63,055 nt of DNA, filler included, from Octopus bimaculoides (GCF_001194135.2; 6 parts of 5 records of this genome joined end to end with filler, not necessarily neighbours in it), one strand, 5' to 3'. Positions 24,470 to 36,510 are shown, counted from the first letter of the whole stretch. Numbers and translations are program-made. Notes: a model not told the origin generated them from the sequence alone.

Positions 24470-24635
24470 ACGTCCGGGTAACTTCTGTCTACCTACTTTC
24501 TCTCACAAGATATTAACCGATCTGAGGTGATAGCAGAAGATATTTGGCTAAGGTACTACGCATTTGGACCGAACAAGGAACCACGTAGTTGTAAAACGAA
24601 ATTTTTAACATTAAACCATTTATGTGCCTATACGT
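24470..24635 (-). mobile_element. Diverged SINE family A, 5' part
   Basis: Degenerate match to the reverse complement of the family A head. Confidence 0.55.
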
Positions 24636-24824
24636 TTATTCCCATCCCCGATTAATATGCACAGCATATTTGGTCACATAATACTGTGACGGAAACTTCT
24701 ACTCTGTATAGAATCTGACAAAAGGAAATCACACACTCTGTTATAATAGGCAATTCCTTAACAAAGTACGCTACAGCTGTAGGGTTCAAATCCAACTAAT
24801 GGAAATGGCGCTCGTTTCTTCTAT

Positions 24825-25030
24825 TAATGCCCCACAAAGGCAGCCATTTTAGGAGAGGGGATGAGTCGATTGCAACCTCAGCATTTAACTGGTACCTGTT
24901 TTATCGACCTCGAAAGGATGAAAGGCAAAGTCAACCTCGGCGGAATTTGAACTCAGAACGTAGCAGCGGGCGAAATACTGCTAAGCATATCGTCCAGCGC
25001 GGTAACGATTCTACCAGCTCGCCGCCACCT
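24825..25030 (-). mobile_element. SINE family B
   Basis: ggatgaaaggcaaagtcaacctcggcggaatttgaactcagaacg...ccagctcgccgcc. Confidence 0.85.
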
Positions 25031-25444
25031 TTTCGACCTATATTAATGTTTATAATATCTGACAGAATTCAATGATATATTTTTATTGATCCCTAGGACT
25101 CGTAAGGCCGGTTACCCGGTTTCCGTGGCGTATACAGAATTTGTAATAGTCAGGCTTACCGCACGGAATATCTGCTGAGTCACTAAATTATATTTATTTC
25201 AAACTAGAACTTGAAAACTAGATGTGGACTTAGCTCCAGAAATTTTCTCACATGCTATGGCTTCGCCTCATACATATTATATGCATATACATAAATACAT
25301 GTATACACACGTACATATGCGTGTATGTGCACACATATATGTATATAAATAAAAAAATATATATAAAGATATATACATCCATTCATCCATCCATACATAC
25401 ATGTAAATGTATTTCGTGTTATGCTTAGAAGCGATGCACATTAC

Positions 25445-25472
25445 CAGAATTTCCGACTCGGAGTGGTTTGTT
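25445..25472 (-). CDS. Candidate 28-bp exon (xTNHSESEIL), phase 2-0
   Basis: tatgtAG acceptor, ctg/GTAATG donor; its phases link the 28346-28388 and 5782-5827 candidates. Confidence 0.15.
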
Positions 25473-25763
25473 CTACATATAGAATTATATACGCATATAT
25501 ATACGCATATATATATATACGCATATATATATATACGCATATATATGCATAGGTAAGATATGTATCATATATGTGCTTATATCTATTATATGTATGTGTA
25601 TGCGTATATAAGCGTGTGAGTGGGTGCGTGTGTTTCAGTTTTAGTTTAATAAAATAGAAATAAGGATAAGAAATAGCAAGAAGATATGAATCTAAAGAGG
25701 TTTGCCACAAGGCTGACTTAAGTATTTATGTGTCGTGTTTGCATGCGCGCGTGTACGTATGCG

Positions 25764-25849
<86 letters not shown>

Positions 25850-26205
25850 NNNNNNNNNNNNNNNNNNNNNNNNNNNNNNNNNNNNNNNNNNNNNNNNNNN
25901 NNNNNNNNNNNNNNNNNNNNNNNNNNNNNNNNNNNNNNNNNNNNNNNNNNNNNNNNNNNNNNGTATATATATACACACACACACATTTATATATACATAG
26001 GCTGTGTGTGTGTGTGTGCATGTGTGCATTTCATAAAGTTTTATTTGAACAGAAAACGTCTTTATTGACTAAGAACAGATGGATATCTTGGAGGAATTTT
26101 GTCAATATTCCGTTTTTCTGGAGGTTTTCATTTTCCACTCATCACGGTTCGCTCAGCAGGTTTCTTTAAATACTTCAAGATTTGCATGATGATTTTTTTT
26201 ATATT

Positions 26206-26261
<56 letters not shown>

Positions 26262-26545
26262 TGATAATAATAAAAAATACTAATAATAACAATAATAACG
26301 GTAATAATAGTATTAAAATTATTATTTTTAAGAAATACTACAACACACATTCGAACGTATTGACATGTTCCTTTTTGTTTTTCTCTCTCTCTCTATCTGT
26401 CTTAGTGTTTTTGCACGCCATTCTTGTTTTTATGCATATTCTTGCTGTTTTTCTTTTACTCCTTATTCCGAAATACCATCTCTCTCACGACCTCTCTCTT
26501 TCCTATCATTTTCCATTTGCTTCTATTACTCTATTTATATTGGTC

Positions 26546-26588
<43 letters not shown>

Positions 26589-26944
26589 TATTCGCTCCTG
26601 CATCTTTAGCGTATGTTTTGTCTATTTGGTTTGTTTTCATTTCTTTATAAAAGGCGTATTTTTTCTTTCATCTGAATTTTGAAAATATTTTAAAGTAATA
26701 TTGCAACAAATATATACATATATATGTGTGTGTTTGTGTGTCTGTATTGTATATATATATATATATGTATGTATAATATATATATATGAATATTCCTGTA
26801 CATATTTTTTTCTTGTGATACATGTTCCATTTAGATTCCATCCTCTCTCCTGTATTCCTCTCTTTCCGTTTCTACTCAGAGCTGTGCGCGCACGTGTATG
26901 CATGCAGATGTATATGTACAAACAGAGCAAATATATATGTTTTA

Positions 26945-27095
26945 TTAAGAAGCTCGCTACACAACCGTGAAAATCATGTGTTCTCGGGTTCAGTACCACT
27001 GCATGGCACACGATATTTTAGTATAGCCTCGGGTTGACCAATAACTTGTGAATGGAATTTGGTGGATAGTCTATGCAGAAGCTCGTAAATATATA
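26945..27095 (+). mobile_element. Diverged SINE family A, 5' part
   Basis: gggttcagtaccactgcatggcac...tatagcctcgggttgacc...gtgaatggaatttgg. Confidence 0.65.
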
Positions 27096-27320
27096 TAAGC
27101 CCTTATATATAGGCTCAATACTAGCTGTGTAAGAAGCTTGCTTCTCAACCACAAAGATACATTTACTGGCATAAATAAACTCAATTTACATCAGAATCCA
27201 CAAAGATACATTTTGTGTTTGGGCCGACAGATTTGTGGATAGCATCTAGAAATTCGGGCTTTAGATATGTTTGATTTAAGCTGACAAAAGCTACACAAAA
27301 CCTGCCATTTACTCGAAAAT

Positions 27321-27404
27321 ATATAGATGTTTTCGATCTAGTTTGGATTCTTTGCCATCAAATTTGATGGTAAAGAATCTAAACTAGATCGAAAACATCT
27401 ATAT
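27321..27404. repeat. Spacerless 84-bp palindrome
   Basis: atatagatgttttcgatctagtttggattctttgccatcaaa / tttgatggtaaagaatctaaactagatcgaaaacatctatat; 2 mismatches. Confidence 0.92.
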
Positions 27405-27474
27405 TTATAATACTTCTTTAGTTTCTGAAAAGTCGTATATATTGATGCTTAGTTCCAGGCCAAGCTAGATCATT

Positions 27475-27610
27475 GAGCAGACCGACGATCAGGGACGTTC
27501 TACATTTGAGTATCATGCTGTTTCATCAGCCATCTAGGACAACAACGTCTCCTTGTTTAAGACAAGTAGGTGCTAACTGATATAGATTTAGCTGCTATTT
27601 CTAGCAATAT
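27475..27610 (+). mobile_element. Fragment of another short interspersed repeat (family D)
   Basis: Partial similarity to 21438-21500 and 48036-48072 (gaccta-gatca...gttcta-ccatgacc). Confidence 0.35.
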
Positions 27611-28023
27611 AGACTAGCTTTTTGATGCTTCATCATACATTCGCAGGACTTGGAAGTTCACAAAAAAAAAACAAAAAAACAGTGTGAAATTCATTCCGAT
27701 AAATATTAGTGTTAGAAAATACAAAGACATAGCAACGTTGTTGAAATTAAAATCGTTCTTTTACTTCCATAACATACTTTCATACATATACCTTCGGATG
27801 AACTATATAATTGCAAGCGATCTATACGTTTTTGCAAATATGCAGATATTCAGTCAAAAAGATTTAGTAGATACCCAGTTGAAAGCAAAGAAAATATATC
27901 AAAGAAGTTTATCTGCATATTTTGACTGCTTCGTAACGCTAAAAAGATGTGAACATTTGTGAATTTTTGTCAGTTCTCTATAGCCGCCAAACATTGGTAA
28001 AAGTATTGGAAAATATAGACTGC

Positions 28024-28111
<88 letters not shown>

Positions 28112-28200
28112 TCTGTCCTTCTTTCTCCCTCTCTCTCTAACTTTCTTACATTCACGCACACACACATATTCATATATATACTCACAGACACATTGAGGAA

Positions 28201-28290
<90 letters not shown>

Positions 28291-28345
28291 CCTATATACA
28301 CACATATACACACACGTGCACGCGCGAGCACCCCCCCACACATAC

Positions 28346-28388
28346 TCATCCAAAATGGAGACGAGTACCAATGTTCCTATGTGGTACG
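28346..28388 (-). CDS. Candidate exon (xYHIGTLVLVSILD), phase 1-2
   Basis: ttttataatttttcaAG acceptor, tga/GTATGT donor, open frame. Confidence 0.2.
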
Positions 28389-29151
28389 CTTGAAAAATTA
28401 TAAAACTATCTTTTGTACACGAAACCATTGGTAGCCTTGCTCACCCACAAATAATACACACACACACACACACACACACACANNNNNNNNNNNNNNNNNN
28501 NNNNNNNNNNNNNNNNNNNNNNNNNNTTAATTAATTAANNNNNNNNNNNNNNNNNNNNNNNNNNNNNNNNNNNNNNNNNNNNATATATATACATATATAC
28601 ATGTAAATATGTATATATATATATATATATGTGTGTGCGTGTGTGTCTGTGTACGTTTATTTATATGTGTGTGTATCTGTATGAATGTATGTGGATAGAT
28701 AGATAGATAGATAGATAGATACATACATACATAGACGTATGCGTCCGTGTTTGTGCGTAATTGGCAAGCTGAAGATTCCTTAATGAAGACAGAAAGATGG
28801 CAGACAGGAGGAAGAAGATGAAAAAAAAAGAAATTCTCAAGAGAGAAGACGAACGGGAGAAAGCGGATTTACGATAGAGTGGGAGTAAGCTGGAGAAGAA
28901 CGTGTTGCACAGAGGTGGTAGGAGGAGGAGAGAAAAAGTGAGGAAAAGGTTGACGTAAGGGGGGGGGAAACAGTGGTATGAGCGGCAGGGGGAAGTAAAT
29001 TGATAAAATGGTGTGTCGGTTCTATGTGTATGTGTATGCATATATGTATACACACATGCACACACGCACACACACACACACAACCGTAATATATATATAT
29101 ATATACACATATACATATGCATATATATATATTTATATATATATATACATA

Positions 29152-29184
<33 letters not shown>

Positions 29185-29976
29185 CATATGCATATATATA
29201 CTCATGTGTATGAATATATACATTCATCTATATATAAATGAATATATATATAGTGTATATCTATATATAATTATATATGTATATATGTATATATCGCGTG
29301 TGTGTGTACATATACATAATTATCTTAGTCAAATTTCTCTCCCTCTCACTCTCTCTCTCTCTCTCTGCATGTGTGTGTGCGTACGTGCGTGCGCTCGCGC
29401 CTGTGTGTGTGTGAGTGCTTATTTGAATGTTGTGTGTTATGTGAATGTGAATGCGTGTTGGTTGTCATAAGACTGGTGTGGCGGTTGCGGTTATGGGAGC
29501 AGAAGTGGTGTCGGCGGTAGAGTTAAAGATGGAGGTTAGAATAGTATGCAAAAGAAGAGGAGAGATTAAATTAAAAGCGAAAGATGATGGTGTCGGGCTT
29601 GGTGTTGGCAAAAGCAATGGATGATCAGTGGCGGTTGTGGCGGTGATGGTGATATTGTTGTTGTTGTTGTTGCTTGTGGTGGTGGGTTGTAGGAGGGAAG
29701 AGGCTGACGGGCGGGAAGTGGAAGAGGTGGTAGCGATGAAGGTTAATGGTGGCGGCCGTAAATGGTACAGTGATGTAGGCAGGAGGTGGGAGCGGAATGT
29801 AGTTGCGGTATTAGGCAGAGTAGGAGCAATTGATAGCATTAAGTTGGTAATATACACATACATATATGTTTGCGTGTGTGTTTGTATGGATGTTTTGCGA
29901 TGGAAAAAGGAAAAATAGAACTCAACACATGAATGTGGATATATTCATTAAAATGATTATATCAGTGGCCATACCG

Positions 29977-30035
<59 letters not shown>

Positions 30036-30064
30036 TATATGTATGTATATATATATATATGCAT

Positions 30065-30335
30065 GCACCCACATCATTAAAGCTGGAAAAACATCACAAA
30101 AATATCATCAAAAACTGCGACACAGAGTTTCATGTTCCCGTTCGTCGAACAGTCTTTTTTTCTTTTCCTTTTTCCGTTCTCAATCAAAACTGCCCGGCGA
30201 CGGGAACGTGAAACTATGACTAGCAGTTTTCTGTAATGTCTTTGCAGCTTTAATATTAAAAAGCATATTACTCTACCGCCTGTATTCGAGTACTATTTTC
30301 CCCCACTTTGTTTCACATTTATATGCTGACTCTGG
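30065..30335. mobile_element. PLE-like short element containing an inverted pair of hammerhead-like motifs (30111-30230)
   Basis: Arms 30111-30152 and 30191-30230 are reverse complements; each reads ACTG(C/T)-core-ACGGGAAC(G/A)T-GAAAC-loop-NUH-GCAGT; (TA)n on both sides. Confidence 0.6.
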
Positions 30336-30351
30336 TGTATATATATATATG

Positions 30352-30550
30352 TAGTGAGAATTTACAAAAAAACAAACAAACAAAAGACGAAGACGGGTGT
30401 GTAAACAACAAACAGATTTATTAGCTTAATGCTCGGGAAGTGAGAAAATCTTTTACGTTTCGAGCCTACGCTCTTCGTCAGAAAGGAACACAAAAATAAA
30501 CAGTGAGAGAAAATAGAAAAAGGTTTAGTGGCTAACGATCTATAATGGCG
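30352..30550 (-). mobile_element. Hammerhead-bearing ~200-bp element (family H1), complete, between (TA)n tracts
   Basis: Homologous over its length to 37221-37415. Confidence 0.8.
30450..30485 (-). ncRNA. Minimal type I hammerhead ribozyme with canonical core
   Basis: cttt CTGACGA a gagc gtag gctc GAAA cgt A aaag: 4-bp stem I, 4-bp stem II, palindromic ACGT in place of stem III, GUA site. Confidence 0.7.
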
Positions 30551-30563
30551 ATATATAATCGTG

Positions 30564-30602
<39 letters not shown>

Positions 30603-31111
30603 AAGAGAGAGAGAGAGAGAGATGGATAGATAGATAGATAGATAGATANNNNNNNNNNNNNNNNNNNNNNNNNNNNNNNNNNNNNNNNNNNNNNNNNNNN
30701 NNNNNNNNNNNNNNNNNNNNNNNNNNNNNNNNNNNNNNNNNNNNNNNNNNNNNNNNNNNNNNNNNNNNNNNNNNNNNNNNNNNNNNNNNNNNNNNNNNNN
30801 NNNNNNNNNNNNNNNNNNNNNNNNNNNNNNNNNNNNNNNNNNNNNNNNNNNNNNNNNNNNNNNNNNNNNNNNNNNNNNNNNNNNNNNNNNNNNNNNNNNN
30901 NNNNNNNNNNNNNNNNNNNNNNNNNNNNNNNNNNNNNNNNNNNNNNNNNNNNNNNNNNNNNNNNNNNNNNNNNNNNNNNNNNNNNNNNNNNNNNNNNNNN
31001 NNNNNNNNNNNNNNNNNNNNNNNNNNNNNNNNNNNNNNNNNNNNNNNNNNNNNNNNNNNNNNNNNNNNNNNNNNNNNNNNNNNNNNNNNNNNNNNNNNNN
31101 NNNNNNNNNNN

Positions 31112-31298
31112 NCCCCCCCCACTATCGCTTGTCAACCGATGTTGGTGTGTTTACGTCCCCGTAACTTAGCGGTTCGGCAAAAAGACCGATAGAATAAGTA
31201 CTAGACTTACGATGAATAAGTTCTGGGGTCGATGTGTTCGACTAAAGGCGGTGCTCCAGCATGGCCGCTGTCAGATCATTGAAACAAATAAAAGAATA
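31112..31298 (+). mobile_element. SINE family A, 3' half
   Basis: caaccgatgttggtgtgtttacgtccccgtaacttagcgg...ggtgctccagcatggcc. Confidence 0.85.
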
Positions 31299-31327
31299 GT
31301 GCAGAGTAGTTCTGAAAAATAAGGAAG

Positions 31328-31419
31328 GTCTCTTACAGCTGTTTCGAGAACAGGCGAGCATGTGGATCATGGAATTGAGTAAGGATTCCTTACGTTTGGT
31401 AATCTTTCATCAGAGAGAC
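31328..31419 (-). ncRNA. Type I hammerhead ribozyme with canonical core and 61-nt stem II insert
   Basis: gtctct CTGATGA ...61 nt... GAAA cagctgt A agagac; perfect 6-bp stem I, palindromic ACAGCTGT, GUA site. Confidence 0.72.
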
Positions 31420-31675
31420 ACAAATCTGAAAATATAAGACTGAAGAAATATCTCCAAACGAAGATATTAATATTTTTCAGTTTGTTAAAAAATGAAGGAA
31501 GTATTTGAGTGAAATGTATAAATTAAAATTAAAATTAAGTTTGATGATAATCCATGGCAAAGGATAATAGAAGATGCCAATTGCATTTTTGAATAGAGAG
31601 TGAATTAGTATGAGTAGGAATATTATACTAAAGGAAAGATAGGCTTTTCTCACATCTCTCTCTCTCTCTCTCTCT

Positions 31676-31770
31676 CTCTCTCCGATGATGACGGTATAGT
31701 TAGATTGTGGAATCCTTACCCAATACCATGAACCAAACGCTCGACTATTCTAGAAACAGCTGTGAGAGAC
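31676..31770 (+). ncRNA. Inverted, mutated twin of the 31328-31419 hammerhead
   Basis: ctctct CCGATGA ...64 nt... GAAA cagctgt G agagac; ~85% identical to the left arm over 63 bp. Confidence 0.6.
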
Positions 31771-31849
31771 CCTGTTTATATTCTCTATCTAAATCAAATG
31801 TGTTTTCAAGTGATGCCAAACGCTTTTCTTTTTCATTTTATTCATACAA

Positions 31850-31887
<38 letters not shown>

Positions 31888-32210
31888 CAGAAAATATAGA
31901 CATATTGATAGATAGATAGATAGATAGATAGATGAATTACACCTGGGGAAATAGATCAAGTGTGTCAATGAAAAGAATAATATTTGGATAAATAAATTAC
32001 GAGTGATGTAAATTATGTTAGTCACCGAAAATTCTTACTCAGTTGAAATCTCTCTACACAATGTACAAGGAAAACAAAACTGCGCTTATTGCTCGTGTCT
32101 CTCAAGGAAAAGGAGAGGTGATATCAAAAGATCTGATTTTCCCTTAGTATAGGTTATGGGAACACCCTGTCGTTGTTTGCAGGCAATGGGCTGTGTATAT
32201 ATAAATATAA

Positions 32211-32241
<31 letters not shown>

Positions 32242-32248
32242 TAAGTGT

Positions 32249-32299
<51 letters not shown>

Positions 32300-32516
32300 N
32301 NNNNNNNNNNNNNNNNNNNNNNNNNNNNNNNNNNNNNNNNNNNNNNNNNNNNNNNNNNNNNNNNNNNNNNNNNNNNNNNNNNNNNNNNNNNNNNNNNNNN
32401 NNNNNNNNNNNNNNNNNNNNNNNNNNNNNNNNNNNNNNNNNNNNNNNNNNNNNNNNNNNNNNNNNNNNNNNNNNNNNNNNNNNNNNNNNNNNNNNNNNNN
32501 NNNNNNNNNNNNNNNN

Positions 32517-32554
<38 letters not shown>

Positions 32555-33574
32555 TACATACGTATATATACATATTACGTACATACATATATATGTATGT
32601 ATGTATGTATATACATACATCCATGGATACATATATACATGCATACATACATACATACATACATACATACATACATACATACGTACATACATATATACAT
32701 ACATACATACGTACATATGCACAGATAAATATAAACGAAATTCTCTAGATGGTCGTTAATATATAGGAAGGTAACTATTTCTTTATAGCGAAAGGTGGGA
32801 TTAGAGAATTTGAAATTATGGTATATGAAACGATTAAAAAGTTCGCTCCCCACCACACACATACTATCACAGGTGTTACGTTCCAAAATCCCCCGCGATT
32901 TTTAAAATTTTTATATAGTTAATTTTTCATTAACTCTCCCCACACTCTTCGGAGTACCCGTGCCTTCTCTGTTTTTGCCTTCCGAGTTCCGTTTTCCATT
33001 ACAGTCAGTGCGAATCTTTGTTTACTCATCTACGGTACACTACGTATTTTCTTTTAATATATTTTAATTATTGAGTTATACAGTGCAGGACTGCACTGTA
33101 TTTTTATTTATTACTTTATTGAATTTTAGGCGTGAAAATGCTTATTTTACCACAGAAAGAATTAAAATCTAAAAGTTCTAATATCTATCGGTTGCAGATA
33201 GCGAATAGTTTTCGTTATTATTAGGTGTAGTGTAGTTCTTACAGTTTCTAGTTAGCAAATAATCGTGTAAAGTACTATTTCATTCTTTTTAGGCATTGTC
33301 AGTAAGATTTAGACAGTAAATTTGTTATTTAGATATATTAGGAAGAGAGCCTATCTTTTTTTTCATCGAACTGCTATGTTACAGGGACCTAAACAAGTTA
33401 AAAGCGGTTCTCAATTGGAGAAGAGACCAACAAAAGCAGAAAGACTTACATTCGTTCTTCCTTTCTTAACTCCCTCGCCCATAAAACCGCATTCTCATCT
33501 GGCCTCTAACTCCTTTCACGATATTTTTGTCTTATGGCTATCTCTTTTCCACTCATACTCCGCCTTTACTTTTC

Positions 33575-33620
33575 TTTTTCTTCTGATGAAGAACTAGTGT
33601 CCGAAACGTTGACTCTTTCC
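33575..33620 (+). ncRNA. Minimal hammerhead-like motif in a PLE-like pLTR remnant
   Basis: CTGATGA a gaactagtgtcc GAAA cgt T; intact core, imperfect stems. Confidence 0.45.
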
Positions 33621-33720
33621 CTTCCTTCTTAAGCTTTAAGCAAAAACAATGTTTAGAAAATCTTGTTCGTCCAACGTTGTCTTCTTTTTTTTTTATTTCC
33701 TTTGCAATATACATACATAT

Positions 33721-33768
<48 letters not shown>

Positions 33769-33906
33769 GTATGTATTTATACACACATATACACACAGAG
33801 AAGGAGAGAAAGAGAAAGAAAGAGTGCTGAGGTTATATATATATNNNNNNNNNNCACACATATACACACAGAGAAGGAGAGAAAGAGAAAGAAAGAGTGC
33901 TGAGGT

Positions 33907-33944
<38 letters not shown>

Positions 33945-33979
33945 AATATATATTATATATATATTATGTATATATATAT

Positions 33980-34042
<63 letters not shown>

Positions 34043-34099
34043 TTGTGTATGTGTGTGCGCGCTAGTGAACGTGTGTGTGTATGAAATGTAATGTGCGAG

Positions 34100-35050
34100 T
34101 TGATGCTGTGATGTGAAATCAAGATAAGGGGTGTGGAAGAGGAGGTGATAACGTGATGGAGCGGCGGCTGAAATGAAGTGTAAAAGAAAAAAAAATGGAG
34201 GTGAAGAATAATTGACTTGATGCAATGAAGGTGGCAGTGGCGGCGGAGTTTGACGGAGATGAGTGTGATGTAGCGTGAGAGGGGGAAGAATGAGAGAAAG
34301 GATGATGTAACGAGAGGGGCAGAGCAAGGGAGAAGGATAAGGGAAGGTGTATGATGTATGAAGAAACGTGGAGAGGCAGATAGTTGAAGAGAGAGGGTGA
34401 ATCGTTAGAGAGAGAGAGAGTGTGTGTGTGATGTAATGAGAGAGGTGGGGAAGTGAGAAAGGGAAGGTGTGATGTAATGAGAAAGGCAGGAGAGTAAGAG
34501 TAAGTGTATTGTAACGAGAGAGCTTGAGGGGTGAGAGAGAGAGAGAGAGAAACTGACTTTGTCATGAAAAATAGAAGTGAGGGAGAGAGAGAAAGAGAGA
34601 GAGGAAACAAGAAAGAGAGAGAGGAAACAAGAAAGAGAGAGTGGGGGTAAAAGAGAGGGTCTGTAAGAGAGAGAGAACAATGTAATTGGCTGAGTTGAGG
34701 TGGTTGGGTGAGAGAGAAGATATAAAAAGAGTGAAGGGCAGAGTCTATAGAGAAGGGGCAGTAGTATGAGAGAGAAAGAGAAAAGCGGTAGTAAAATGAC
34801 GGAAATGACGGAGTTGGAAGAGAAGAGGAGAGAGAGAGAGAGAGAAGTAAGAGGGAGAGGGAGAGAGAGAGTACGAATGAGAGGGAGAGAGAGAAGTAAG
34901 GAGAGAGGGAGAGAGGGAGAGAGAGAGAGAGACAAATAGAGTTCGAATGAGAGGAGGAGTAGGAAGAGAATAAACAGAAGATGAAATGTGCAGAGGAAGA
35001 GAAATGGATGATGGAGGAAGTGATGGCGGCGGCGGGTCTGCGAAATTTTG
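34100..35050. repeat. Purine-rich (GA)n low-complexity tract
   Basis: Degenerate GA/GAA repeats, including a 20-bp duplication at ~34590-34640. Confidence 0.85.
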
Positions 35051-35619
35051 GTTGTCATAGCAACTACTGAGAAAAGTAGGCCACTGCTGGGAAGACTTCG
35101 TTGCACAAATGTGGAGATGATAATAGTGAAGGTGGTGGTGGTGGTGGCGATACATATCTATCAATATGAAGGCTTGGGTTTCGATTCTCATTTTCAAATA
35201 TTATGTAGCATATTTTTCTTTCAAGGTTTCTTGTTTTTTATTATTTATTTGATANNNNNNNNNNNNNNNNNNNNNNNNNNNNNNNNNNNNNNNNNNNNNN
35301 NNNNNNNNNNNNNNNNNNNNNNNNNNNNNNNNNNNNNNNNNNNNNNNNNNNNNNNNNNNNNNNNNNNNNNNNNNNNNNNNTTGAACACTCAGTATTTCAT
35401 ATATTCAATAAGACATATTCCATATATTCAATAAGACATTCAATACTTCATTTCATTGTACCATCCATTTTTATATTATATATTGTATATTCCATATTCT
35501 ATATCCCACATTAATTTTACAAGAATATAAATAAAACAAAAAACAGACAGAGTTGGAATTCTTTTAATAAAATAATATATTCCTTTATACACGATCATAC
35601 AAAACCCTTTTTTTGTATT

Positions 35620-35690
35620 TATTTTTACTCACATATATCCCTGTTTTCTTTCCTCATTTTCCTTTCTGTGGAAGAGCGTAAGCACACCTA
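35620..35690 (+). mobile_element. Truncated family H1 element
   Basis: cctttctgtggaagagcgta matches the H1 core region, then breaks off. Confidence 0.55.
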
Positions 35691-35871
35691 TCTCTGGTCT
35701 TATGTTTTTGTATAATTTTGAATCACATACACACACACACACACACACACAAAGTCTTTACGTTATCTCTACAGGTTTTCGATGGAAATTACAGCCAGCA
35801 AACTTGCGACATTTCATATACGAATACATCTATGTAGACAATGCAATCGAAGAATGAAAAGTAGTTGAATG

Positions 35872-35916
35872 AATGTATATGCATATTTCGAGCATTATTA
35901 CTCCTTCATCAGTACC
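35872..35916 (-). ncRNA. Hammerhead-like motif
   Basis: CTGATGA ag gagta ataa tgctc GAAA tatgcatat A; palindromic ATATGCATAT; stem I imperfect. Confidence 0.5.
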
Positions 35917-36379
35917 ACATCCGATCCATTAACCATCTATGAACTCATTGCTTAAATAGTCGCAAACGTTAGCGATGATACACAATGGGATATTCCAGTT
36001 TTACGTGTTAAACACAATCCTGGCATCTGGTATGCACGTATCAATTGTTGGTAGTGATACTGCATTTCGGTATGCAGCCATGATACACTCACTGTTTTTC
36101 CTTTCTTCGATTGCATGTTATGTGCACGTATTCGTATATGAAACATCATAACTTTCAATGCTGTCTCTAATTTCCATAGAAAATATATGGAGAGAACTTT
36201 AAAATGTGACTGAATAACACAGGGAAGACATACGATTGAATTTTAAGCCTCCATATACTTCTTATTATATTATGGTTGCATTATGAAATACGTGTCCCTT
36301 ATTATTAAGGAACACGTCATATTATCATTATCGTTACGAAATACGGTGTACCTTATTATTATTATTGTTATTATTATTA

Positions 36380-36510
36380 AGCTATAATCATTAGCACGCC
36401 GGACAAAATATTTAGCGGTATTTCTTCCAGATTTTCGTTCTGAGTTCAAATTTCGTCGACGTCGATTTTTGTTTCATTCGGAGTTGATATAATCGACCAA
36501 TCCCTTCCGT
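36380..36510 (+). mobile_element. Diverged SINE family B after a (TTA)n run
   Basis: ttagcacgccggacaaaat...ttctgagttcaaatttc. Confidence 0.7.

Noticed and set aside
33779-33915. ~60-bp direct repeat around a 10-N gap
   Set aside because: Identical flanks across a tiny gap; probable assembly overlap.
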